From: Sedimentisphaerales bacterium
GTDB lineage: Bacteria; Planctomycetota; Phycisphaerae; Sedimentisphaerales; SM23-30
Assembly (NCBI GenBank): GCA_963663805.2
Contig: CAXXMR010000013.1
Span: forward strand, 1-64,000
Direction of reading: 5' to 3'
DNA length: 64,000 nt
The position numbers were made by a program, and so were the translations under genes. Below the pieces are notes generated by a model. It did no database searches. It was not told the DNA's origin and was given only the letters and a program-made list of their open reading frames with translations. This document shows, piece by piece, positions 27,390 through 35,577 of the stretch. How positions within the stretch are numbered: position 1 is the stretch's first letter; each line of letters starts with the position of its first letter.

Positions 27390-27627
27390 GGGGCTCAACA
27401 GCAGTTATCCAATTTTTTAGTGAAAGATTAATATCGAATTTACAATTCATAATCGTATAAATTTGACGCCATGGCATGCTGTTGTTGTTGCACATCCAAT
27501 CATGAATGGTCATATCGCGTGAGATTTCATCTTCAACCTCAAAATCAATTTGAGCAGAAAACCTATTTTCCTCTTTAAATATTTGATAAATTTCTTCCGG
27601 CGTGAAATAGCTAAAAAAGTTATTCAT
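27390..27627 (-). pseudogene. AT-rich orphan gene (possible immunity protein) truncated by the IS3 end
   Basis: GGGAGG RBS, ATG 27627 (MNNFFSYFTPEEIY...), frame runs into the IS end at 27389. Confidence 0.55.
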
Positions 27628-27715
27628 ATATGACACCTCCCAAAATCCTATAACATAAGATCGTCATCCTCATTTTCAGGCCCCAGAGGAATTGGGGACA
27701 AAACAGGGTTAAGGA

Positions 27716-27805
27716 AAATTAAAGGTTCCCGGTACTTTTTTGATGCGGGGTAAATTAGAAAAATGTACCTGACACCTTATTTCTCCTGACACCTTATTTC
27801 TCCCC
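27716..27805. repeat. Doublet palindromic element (ATTAAAGGTTCCCGGTACTTTTTT...AAAAATGTACCTGACACC) with a 17-bp tandem duplication
   Basis: Direct repeat of 29706-29770; left half is the inverted form of 27197-27229; CCTGACACCTTATTTCT occurs twice in tandem. Confidence 0.9.
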
Positions 27806-27822
27806 TTACTCTCTTAGGTTTT

Positions 27823-28773
27823 CTATGGCTCCCAGCGAAGCTGTCGATATGTTATTACGCCAGTTTTGGAATCGGCAATTTCAACCTGTTGGTTATAGAA
27901 GTAATATTTACCTACCTTTCCATCGACAAAGAAAATATAACGATAGTTGTCAAGTTTGGATACTTGGGTAAATAGCTGCACACAGTTTTTCATAAACGCC
28001 CCGAAATCAACTGAAAAAAGATTGCGATTAGCTCTGGGAGCATTTTTGTCGCGAAAATACTTATCCTTTTCTATATTCATGCTCAGAAGCTCCTCTCCTC
28101 CAGAAAGATTCAATGGACCTTCGGCTTCGAAAAGTAAAATTACATTATCAGGAATATTATTTATATTCATTTCACTTATATTCTTATTAAAAGCAAAATC
28201 ATTAGATTTATCATGAATTCCTGCATCAATAGTGCTAAATTCTGATGATATGGAAAAACGATCTTGTATGCAGTCACTCCAGTTATTATCATGAGGCAAA
28301 TAACCATCATTGTGCATCGCATAATTGAGAATATCATTGCCAACTCGGTTGATTTGAAACAAACCTTGCGTGTTAATAAACCTACTTTCTCTGTAGATAT
28401 CAAATTGGCGACTACGAAATGCGGCTAAATATAAATGGTAAATTATTAATCCTGCTAATAATACTAGCACAATTTTTGCGATCCCAGACAATTTTATTAT
28501 TTCACCACTGAGAATTAAAATACCAATATCAACTACTATTAAAAGAATAGAAAAAAGGTTAATTATCCCAGTGTATTTTTCCACAATACTGTCTTCATTG
28601 TTAACATGTAAACCATACCATAAAAAGAGTAGCCCAAGAAACGCAAATATAATACCAAGCACGGTAAATAATCCAGAAAGCATACTAGAAAATTTTTTAC
28701 TGTCCTTATATGTGCGAATCTTGACGTCTGTTTTTCCTTCTGAATTGTTATGCATTATTTCATAGTTTTCCAT
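27823..28773 (-). CDS. AT-rich membrane protein with three TM helices and an H-X9-DG/DUF1559-like C-terminal domain; candidate immunity partner of the upstream Rhs tip
   Basis: YAMHNDGYLP..NWSD, FAFNKNIS, VILLFEAEG..N.SGGEELL, FFVDGKV; lies directly downstream of the Rhs-CT. Confidence 0.65.
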   Translation of the reverse strand: MENYEIMHNNSEGKTDVKIRTYKDSKKFSSMLSGLFTVLGIIFAFLGLLFLWYGLHVNNEDSIVEKYTGIINLFSILLIVVDIGILILSGEIIKLSGIAKIVLVLLAGLIIYHLYLAAFRSRQFDIYRESRFINTQGLFQINRVGNDILNYAMHNDGYLPHDNNWSDCIQDRFSISSEFSTIDAGIHDKSNDFAFNKNISEMNINNIPDNVILLFEAEGPLNLSGGEELLSMNIEKDKYFRDKNAPRANRNLFSVDFGAFMKNCVQLFTQVSKLDNYRYIFFVDGKVGKYYFYNQQVEIADSKTGVITYRQLRWEP

Positions 28774-28833
28774 GGTAATCCTAAATATAAACAAGTTATC
28801 AAATGTGTTGTGCCATGAAATATTTCCACAATA

Positions 28834-29700
28834 CTACCCGGGATATGGCAGGTAAGATGGCCAGTCCTCCAAAACGTTGTCAAAATCTTTATACTCATCA
28901 TATCCTCTTTCCCACCAATATTCAACGTTTGGGTCCAGACCTTTTTTGTGCCTTTCCCCTTTCCATCCTTGAACTATTTTACGAGATATCCATTTAGGCC
29001 ATCCGACATGATGATGAAAATAACCTTGCAGGTAATAATTTATTTGAGAACCATCATAAGAAATATTATTGTATCTATATCGCTTTTTTTTATTGTGGCG
29101 GAAAAAACCGTCTGTTGAGATATATGCAAATGGGTTTATGATTTCCCAAGGCGGCATATCTTCAATTTTGTTTATAGCCCTTTCGTGGACAGCATATAGA
29201 AAATCATCTGTAAGTTGATATTCCCCATTAACTATTTCTAAATCACTGCAATCTCGGCCATAATATGCTTTCGCAAGCCCCCACGGATCAATCGCATTCA
29301 CCGGATTATTCCCCACATAGGCGTAGATGTTCATGCCATCCACAAAGAGCAGGGGGTCGGGTGAGATGAATCTGCCGATATATGGGTTGTAGTATCTGAA
29401 GCGGTAATAGTACAGCCCGGTTTCGTCATCGAAGCGGCGGCCGGCATAGAGATATGGGTTATTATAGGCACTGCTGGTAGCGGTAGTACCATCGGGGGTT
29501 AGCCAGTCACCGTCAGTACCAGCGGAGGTGTTGATGATACTGTTACCGTAAGCATCATAGGTATAGCCCTCAACAATGTTGCCGGACTGGTCCGTTAAGG
29601 CAATGGTTCTGCCGACCAGGCCCGGTACGTAATAATATCAAGTTTCGCTGGTTCCTGAAACGCTTATCATGATAATAGGCTCATCGATTCCGGGGCCGTA
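28834..29700 (-). pseudogene. Orphan Rhs core fragment with C-terminal toxin tip (no start codon; in-frame TGA at 29638-29640)
   Basis: YGPGIDEP...YTYDAYG...NPYLYAGRRFDDETGLYYYRFRYYNPYIGRFISPDP...YAYVGNNPVNAIDPWGL, followed by a ~145-aa AT-rich tip. Confidence 0.9.
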
Positions 29701-29705
29701 GGTAA

Positions 29706-29787
29706 GATTAAAGATACCGGTATTTTTTTGATACGGAGTAAATTAGAAAAATGTACCGGACACCGTTTTCTTCCCTTTAATTCACCG
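29706..29787. repeat. Second doublet palindromic element closing the cassette array
   Basis: ATTAAAGATACCGGTATTTTTTTGATACGGAGTAAATTAGAAAAATGTACCGGACACCGTTTTC; ends in CCTTTAATTCACC, also found at 27220-27232. Confidence 0.9.
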
Positions 29788-29790
29788 TGG

Positions 29791-30333
29791 TTATTGCTGA
29801 GTTTTTTTTAGGGCGTTTTCGAGTGCCATCATGAATTCGGCGGGTTCCTGTCCGCCGCTGAATTGGTCTACGGGTTCGGCTTTTGAGTTTAGTACTATGT
29901 AGGTGGGGATGCCGGAGACCTGGTATTTGTCGGCGAGTTCTGATTTTTTGTCGATGTCGACGTAGACAGGGATGAATTTTTCCATGGTCTTTTTGACGTT
30001 TTCTTTAGGGTAAACTTCGCCGGCCATGTATTTGCAGGGGCCGCACCATTCGGCGTGGAAGGCTAGCAGGATGGGCTGGTTATTGGCGGCGGCGTTTTTG
30101 AGGGCCTGGTCGTATTGCTGCCAGGCGATGCCGACGTCGGGGGCGCCGTGTTCGTCGGTAGGTACTTTCTTTTGGCTGTTCTTGTAAATCATAATTATGA
30201 CCAGGAATATGGCGGCGAGGATAATCCATTTGAGGTTACTGCCGCAACCGCAGCTCGATGAGCCGGTCGAGCAGCAGGAAGGGCCTTGGTTTTCGGGGGT
30301 TGGATTTTGGGGTTTTTGCTCTTTATCAGTCAT
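29791..30333 (-). CDS. Membrane-anchored thioredoxin-family protein
   Basis: WCGPCK active site, GIPT cis-Pro, TM helix, Cys-rich N-terminus. Confidence 0.9.
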   Translation of the reverse strand: MTDKEQKPQNPTPENQGPSCCSTGSSSCGCGSNLKWIILAAIFLVIIMIYKNSQKKVPTDEHGAPDVGIAWQQYDQALKNAAANNQPILLAFHAEWCGPCKYMAGEVYPKENVKKTMEKFIPVYVDIDKKSELADKYQVSGIPTYIVLNSKAEPVDQFSGGQEPAEFMMALENALKKTQQ

Positions 30334-30454
30334 GATTTATCTCCTGTGCTTGTTTTGCGGTCAGACCTTTATTTTTCATACTGTTTTATAGGGCTGTTGG
30401 GGGTGGAAAGTCAAGTTAGATCGGGGGAAATGTCTGGAGAAGGCATTATTAAGA

Positions 30455-30525
30455 AGGCAAGAGGGATGAGGGATGAGGCAAGAGTGAACGGCTCGGTGCC
30501 GCCTTTGGCGGAGGTGTTTTTATTT
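30455..30525 (+). repeat. Composite repeat copy (heptamers + CCGCCTTTGGCGG hairpin)
   Basis: AGGCAAGAGGGATGAGGGATGAGGCAAGAGTGAACGG...GTGCCGCCTTTGGCGGAG. Confidence 0.85.
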
Positions 30526-30596
30526 TTACTTTGGGATGACAAAAAAAAGAGGACGACATTTTGGGGTGTCGTCCTCGGTTGATTTTTTGGAATTTC

Positions 30597-31517
30597 TTAG
30601 TAGTCGCAATCTTCGGGGCAGGAATAAATTTCGTCAGGTTCGCAGTATCCATCTCCACAAATCATCTGGGGCTGGCAGTCCTGCGGGCATGATTGCGAAT
30701 CCTCTCCCATGACGTAATCGCAGAATCCGTCTCCGCATCCCATAGTTCCTCCTCCGCAGTCGCTGGGGCAGTTATACTCGTCCTCTCCCATGGCGTAATC
30801 GCAGAATCCGTCTCCGCATCCCATAGTTCCTCCTCCGCAGTCGCTGGGGCAGTTATATTCATCCTCTCCCATCATGTAATCACAGAATCCGTCGCCGCAT
30901 ATAGCACCAGTTTGGCAATCCTGAGGGCAACTGATAAAATCTTCTTCAGGTGAGCAGAATCCGTCACCACAGATTGGTGGGCAGTCAAATGGGCAATCCA
31001 GTGCGGTTTCGGCGTGGGTACAGAATCCATCACCACACATCGGGGGGCAATCGTCGGGGCAATCCCCGGCATCCTCAGCGTGTGTGCAAAAACTATCTCC
31101 ACATGTCGATTCACAATCTTCGGGGCATGTCATGGCATCTTCTTCGTTGGTGCAGTATCCATCTCCGCAATAGTTGCAATCCGGGTCATCGCTGTCGATC
31201 AGGCCGTCACAGTCGTCGTCAATGGCGTTGTAGCAATCTTCGGGGGCTCCGGGATAGACTTCAGAGTTGTTGTCATCGCAATCCTGCGCAACGTCGTAGT
31301 TATCGTTGTCGAGGTCGAGTGGGATACATGCGGGTTCTTCGGGGAATGCCTGGCAGTCGATGAGCCAGTCCTGGGCCATCAGGGCAAAGTCTACCAGGTT
31401 CACCTGACAATCTCCGCTTAGGTCATAACGGGGGCGATAATGGCAATCCTCAGCGTTCAGGATGGCTGAGTTGGTCATTAGAGTCATTAACGCGAAGACA
31501 TAATAGAACTTTTTCAT
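30597..31517 (-). CDS. Secreted cysteine-rich repeat protein (dockerin-like + DCDD..YPGA metal-binding motif + CGDGxC repeats)
   Basis: Signal peptide, DLSGDCQVNLVDFALMAQDWL, DCDDNNSEVYPGAPEDC, eight CGD(G/S)xC...CPxDC repeats. Confidence 0.88.
   Translation of the reverse strand: MKKFYYVFALMTLMTNSAILNAEDCHYRPRYDLSGDCQVNLVDFALMAQDWLIDCQAFPEEPACIPLDLDNDNYDVAQDCDDNNSEVYPGAPEDCYNAIDDDCDGLIDSDDPDCNYCGDGYCTNEEDAMTCPEDCESTCGDSFCTHAEDAGDCPDDCPPMCGDGFCTHAETALDCPFDCPPICGDGFCSPEEDFISCPQDCQTGAICGDGFCDYMMGEDEYNCPSDCGGGTMGCGDGFCDYAMGEDEYNCPSDCGGGTMGCGDGFCDYVMGEDSQSCPQDCQPQMICGDGYCEPDEIYSCPEDCDY
30701..30900. repeat. 81-bp coding tandem repeat (~2.5 copies)
   Basis: CCTCTCCCAT recurs at 30701, 30782 and 30863 with near-identical intervening sequence. 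Confidence 0.95.
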
Positions 31518-31979
31518 TATTCAATTACCTCAGTAAATACGGCTCAAATCTTTGTACCCAACCGCTGGGTTTTATCCCTTTGTGTTTATCGGTAAGCAGT
31601 CATGCCAAAAACAGTATCGGCCTGCTATTATGTCGATAACACTATAAAAATCTTTACTTGCAGGGTGTTAAAAACAACGGCAGAGACGAATCGGCAGGCC
31701 ATAATGCTAAAAACAACCACTCTGGTAGGTATTGTACAGAAATCGTGGCTGGTTGTCAATGATTTTGAATTGTGTTCTGGCGGAAGGTTATAGGTCTATA
31801 TTTGTCATAACTCGCGATTGGATAAGCCTTTACTTTTGAGTGGGTATAAGGTTTTGGGGCAGCAGGAAATCGCTGGAAGAGTATCGTATGGGCAGGTATT
31901 TTAGGGTAATTGTAGCCCCGGCGGGGTTGATTGGTCGAGATATTAAGGTGCAGAAATATAATATTATCGAGGTGCTTTG

Positions 31980-33113
31980 ATGAGAGAAATACGGTTTTTG
32001 ATGGTTTTGGTTATTGGGGCTGCCTGGGTTGGTTGTGGCAGGTCTGCCAAGGTTGAAAATTTGGAGCGTGAGGTGAATGCCGAGGTTTTTCGTTTTGGGC
32101 CGGTGTTGCGGCTGGAGCAGCGTGAGGTCGAGCTGGGCAGTTTTGTTGACGGCGATGAGATTGTGGGGCCGGTGTTTTTTGAGAATCCGGGCAGTGAAGA
32201 TTTATTTATTCGCAAAATTACGAGTACGTGTGCGTGTTTGTCAGGTGTAACTGGTGACAGGCGGCTCGTGCCGGGTGGGGCGGGGGTTCTTGAAGTAGAG
32301 TTTGATTCGCTGAAGATACCGGCTGGTCGGGTGTCAAGAGTGGTAAGGCTGGAGACTAATGACCTGGAGCAGAAGGCTGTGGAAGTGGTATTTAATTTCG
32401 CGGTGATACGGAGTGACGCACAAGAAGACAGGCGGATTCTGCAAAATGAGTTGGGGCATCTTCGTCGGGAGGTGCAATTGCTGCGGGCTGATATGCGGAA
32501 GGTTCTGGATAAACTTGAGGGTAGGTCGGCAGAGGGCCAGCCGGCAGCTAAGAGCAAAGGTGTGCCGGACACGAATGTTTATGATGTGCCGATTGGTGAT
32601 TCGCCGGTGCGTGGCAAGGCGGACGCGGCGGTAACTATCGTGGAGTTTGTGGATATGCAGTGTCCGTACTGTGTTCGGGAATATCCGAAGCTGAATCAGT
32701 TGCTGGAGGAGTATCCAGAAGATGTTCGGTTGGTAGTTAAACATTATCCTTTGAAGTTTCATGATAAGGCCAAGGCGGCGCATGCGGCTTTGGAGCTAAC
32801 ACGGCTTGAAAAAGGGGCCGATGGTTTCTGGCGGATGTATGATATGGTAATGGCTCGGCCTGATGAGCTGGAGGTTGAGCGGTTGCGTGAATATGCCGGT
32901 GAGCTGGGAATTGATATGAAGAAGTTTGATGAAGTTGTTGGGGATGAGGAGCGGATGGATACCATGCTGGCGGCGGATATGGAAGCAGCTCGGCGGTGCC
33001 GGGTGCGGGGGACACCTACGGTTTTTATAAACGGTCTGAAGCAGGAGAGCCGGAGTATAGAGGCGTACCGGAAGCGTATAGCCGGGTGTGTTGGGAATTC
33101 TAAGCACAACTAA
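31980..33113 (+). CDS. Lipoprotein with DUF1573-like Ig domain, coiled coil and DsbA-like thioredoxin domain
   Basis: WVGC lipobox, ITSTCACL, EFVDMQCPYC, VRGTPTVFING. Confidence 0.85.
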   Translation: MREIRFLMVLVIGAAWVGCGRSAKVENLEREVNAEVFRFGPVLRLEQREVELGSFVDGDEIVGPVFFENPGSEDLFIRKITSTCACLSGVTGDRRLVPGGAGVLEVEFDSLKIPAGRVSRVVRLETNDLEQKAVEVVFNFAVIRSDAQEDRRILQNELGHLRREVQLLRADMRKVLDKLEGRSAEGQPAAKSKGVPDTNVYDVPIGDSPVRGKADAAVTIVEFVDMQCPYCVREYPKLNQLLEEYPEDVRLVVKHYPLKFHDKAKAAHAALELTRLEKGADGFWRMYDMVMARPDELEVERLREYAGELGIDMKKFDEVVGDEERMDTMLAADMEAARRCRVRGTPTVFINGLKQESRSIEAYRKRIAGCVGNSKHN

Positions 33114-33210
33114 GGTGCGTATCGCACTCATAAATCGGCGCGGGCGTTTGGCGTATTTGGCGTTTCTGTTGGTCGCTTGCGTGATTGGTACATCACCAGG
33201 GCCTTGCTAT

Positions 33211-33294
33211 GCAAGAAGAAGGGATGAGGGATGAGGGAACGGCTTGGTGGCTAAATGGTTGGTATCCGGCCGCTTACGCGGCTCGGCTTTTGTT
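33211..33294 (+). repeat. Composite repeat copy (heptamers + REP-like element) between convergent genes
   Basis: GGGATGAGGGATGAGGGAACGGC...ATCCGGCCGCTTACGCGGCTCGGCTTTTGTT. Confidence 0.85.
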
Positions 33295-33320
33295 GGGCGG
33301 CCTAAAGCCTTTTTCAAAGG

Positions 33321-34418
33321 TCAGGCTTTTACTTTTGATTTTGGTGCGGGGGCCTGTCTTTGCACGGTTTGGAGTCTTTTTCCGTCGTCGGTGACCTTGA
33401 TTATGCCTTTGGTTTTCTGGACCTGGGTGAATTGTCCTATGCTGCGGAGTTTTCGGTAGCGGTTTTCGGTGAGGTTTTCCGGTTTGAAGCGTTTGAGCTC
33501 GCGGATGGTCTTGATGAGGTAGCTTTCGAGGTTGTGGGCAGCTTCGTGGGGGTTGCGATGGGCTCCTCCGAGCGGTTCTGTTACGACGTGGTCGACGACT
33601 TCAAGCTTGAGCAGGTCTTTGCTGGTGAGCTTGAGTACCTCGGCTGCGTGGGGTGCCTGTTCGCCATTTTTGAAGAGGATGGCTGCGCAGGCTTCGGGTG
33701 ACGCTACGGTATACCAGGCGTATTGCATGATAGCGATGCGGTCGCCGACTCCGATGCCCAATGCTCCGCCGGACCCGCCTTCGCCGATGACGACGCAGAC
33801 GATGGGGACTTTCAGCGTAGACATTTCCATGAGGTTTACGGCGATGGCCTGGGCCTGTCCGCGTTCTTCGGCACCGATGCCGGGATAGGCCCCTGGGGTG
33901 TCGATGAGGCATATTACGGGCAGATTGAATTTTTCGGCGAGCTTCATTTTGGCGAGGGCTTTGCGATAGCCTTCGGGGTGGGCGCAGCCGAAATTGCAGG
34001 CGATTTTTTCTTTGGTGTCGCGTCCTTTGTTCTGGCCGACAATCATGACTTTCTCGTGGCCGATACGTCCGAATCCGGTGACGATGGCCTGGTCGTCGCC
34101 GTAGAACCGGTCGCCTTTGAGCTCGACGAAGTCCTTGACCATCATGTCAACGTAGTCCATGAACAGGGGGCGTTTGGGATGACGGGCGATCTGTACGGTT
34201 TCCCAGGCGGTGAGGTTGTCGTAAATTTTACGGGTTAGGGCGGCGAGGTTGTCGCGTAATTGACGGATTTCGGTGGAATAGTCGATGCCCTTACTGGCTT
34301 GCAGGTCGGTGAGTTCTCGAATCTGGTTTTGCAGGTCGGCGAGCGGCTTTTCGAATTCCAGCCAGGTGTTATTTACGATTTCTTCGTCAAGCTGAAGCAT
34401 TTCCAGGTTCTGAGCCAT
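33321..34418 (-). CDS. accA: Acetyl-CoA carboxylase carboxyltransferase alpha subunit
   Basis: LEFEKP, ARHPKRP, PEGYRKA, IDTPGAYPGIGAEERGQ, GEGGSGGALG. Confidence 0.97.
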   Translation of the reverse strand: MAQNLEMLQLDEEIVNNTWLEFEKPLADLQNQIRELTDLQASKGIDYSTEIRQLRDNLAALTRKIYDNLTAWETVQIARHPKRPLFMDYVDMMVKDFVELKGDRFYGDDQAIVTGFGRIGHEKVMIVGQNKGRDTKEKIACNFGCAHPEGYRKALAKMKLAEKFNLPVICLIDTPGAYPGIGAEERGQAQAIAVNLMEMSTLKVPIVCVVIGEGGSGGALGIGVGDRIAIMQYAWYTVASPEACAAILFKNGEQAPHAAEVLKLTSKDLLKLEVVDHVVTEPLGGAHRNPHEAAHNLESYLIKTIRELKRFKPENLTENRYRKLRSIGQFTQVQKTKGIIKVTDDGKRLQTVQRQAPAPKSKVKA

Positions 34419-34582
34419 TGACGCTTGTCCCTATAGCAAAAATCCCAGGCTGCCCGCAATAGTCACCTGGGGTGGTTATATCATTTCATACTACATTTTG
34501 CCGATGGCGTTACGTTTGTCACAGCCTTCGGTAACCAAATGGTCCGGCATATACGTCCAGACCACTACCCAATCGGCTGTCA

Positions 34583-34648
34583 ATCTTAGTGATTATGGTT
34601 GGCGACTTCAAGAAAAAAATTGACATTAATGGTCCAGGGCGATAGCTT
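34583..34648. promoter_or_regulatory. Back-to-back sigma70-like promoters for accA (TTGAAG-17-TAAGAT, minus) and tyrA (TTGACA-17-TAGCTT, plus)
   Basis: Minus: -35 at 34606-34611, -10 at 34583-34588. Plus: -35 at 34620-34625, -10 at 34643-34648. Confidence 0.55.
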
Positions 34649-34687
34649 CTGTGGGAATGTGATTTTGTCCTGGAAAAATATAAAACT

Positions 34688-35577
34688 ATGTTAATTAAAG
34701 ATTTACAATCTATATCGATTTTAGGCCTGGGTCTTTTGGGCGGCTCTTTAGGGCTGGCGGTGAACCGTATATTTCCGCACGTCAAGCGTGTTGGTTACAG
34801 CCATCGTGAGGTTACTTTACAGAAGGCTTTGGAAGCGGGCACGGTTGACAAGGTTTATTCGACGGCTGCCCGTGCGGTTTCGCGGGCTGATTTGGTGGTT
34901 TTGGCAGGTCCGATAGGGGGTATTTCCTGAATTAATGAAGGCTATTGCTCCGTCGTTGAATGACGGGTGTTATAGTTACAGATGTAGGGTAGTACCAAAT
35001 TAGCACCGCAGCGTTGGGCTAATAAATATCTGCCGGATCGCGCGTGGAATTTCTGGGCTCTCATCCGATGGCGGGTTTCTGAGCAGCGTGGAGTTGATTT
35101 TGCTCGTGCGGATTTATTTGACCAGGCGAATTGTATTTTGGGGACGACGGCCAAGACGAGCTCTGGGACATACAATTTTCTGAAGGAATTCTGGGAGGCT
35201 TTGGGGATGCGTGTTTCGCACATGTCACCGACGAAGCATGACCAGGTTTTGTCTCGGATAAGTCATTTTGCCGCATATTTTGGCGGCGGCTCTGGTCAAT
35301 GCGAGCAATCTGGAAGAGGACGATGCTTTGCGGTAAGGGTTTTCTGGATACGACTCGTATCGCTTCGGGGGCTCCTTCGGTTTGGCATGATATATTGATG
35401 GAGAATTCGGTGAATACTGACCAGGCGATCGCTCGTTTGGTGAAGGAATTGACGAAAATACAAAGGGCCCTGCGTGAAAATAACGGCAAGGCTCTTACCA
35501 AAATGCTGACGCGGGCCCAGGAGCAACGTGATACCCTGGTCGCGCGCAAGCTCAGACGCAAGGAACTCCCTGAATAA
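34688..35577 (+). CDS. tyrA: Prephenate/arogenate dehydrogenase, split by several frameshifts
   Basis: GLGLLGGSLG NAD-binding motif, SHPMAG, HDQVLSRISH, GFLDTTRIASG..VWHDI distributed across frames. Confidence 0.85.

Noticed and set aside
27197..29787. Classical integron
   Set aside because: No IntI, no RYYYAAC...GTTRRRY attC structure recognised, and the cargo is clipped mid-gene rather than in single-ORF cassettes.
30701..30900. Possible CRISPR array
   Set aside because: 81-bp in-frame coding tandem repeat without unique spacers; no cas genes in the window.
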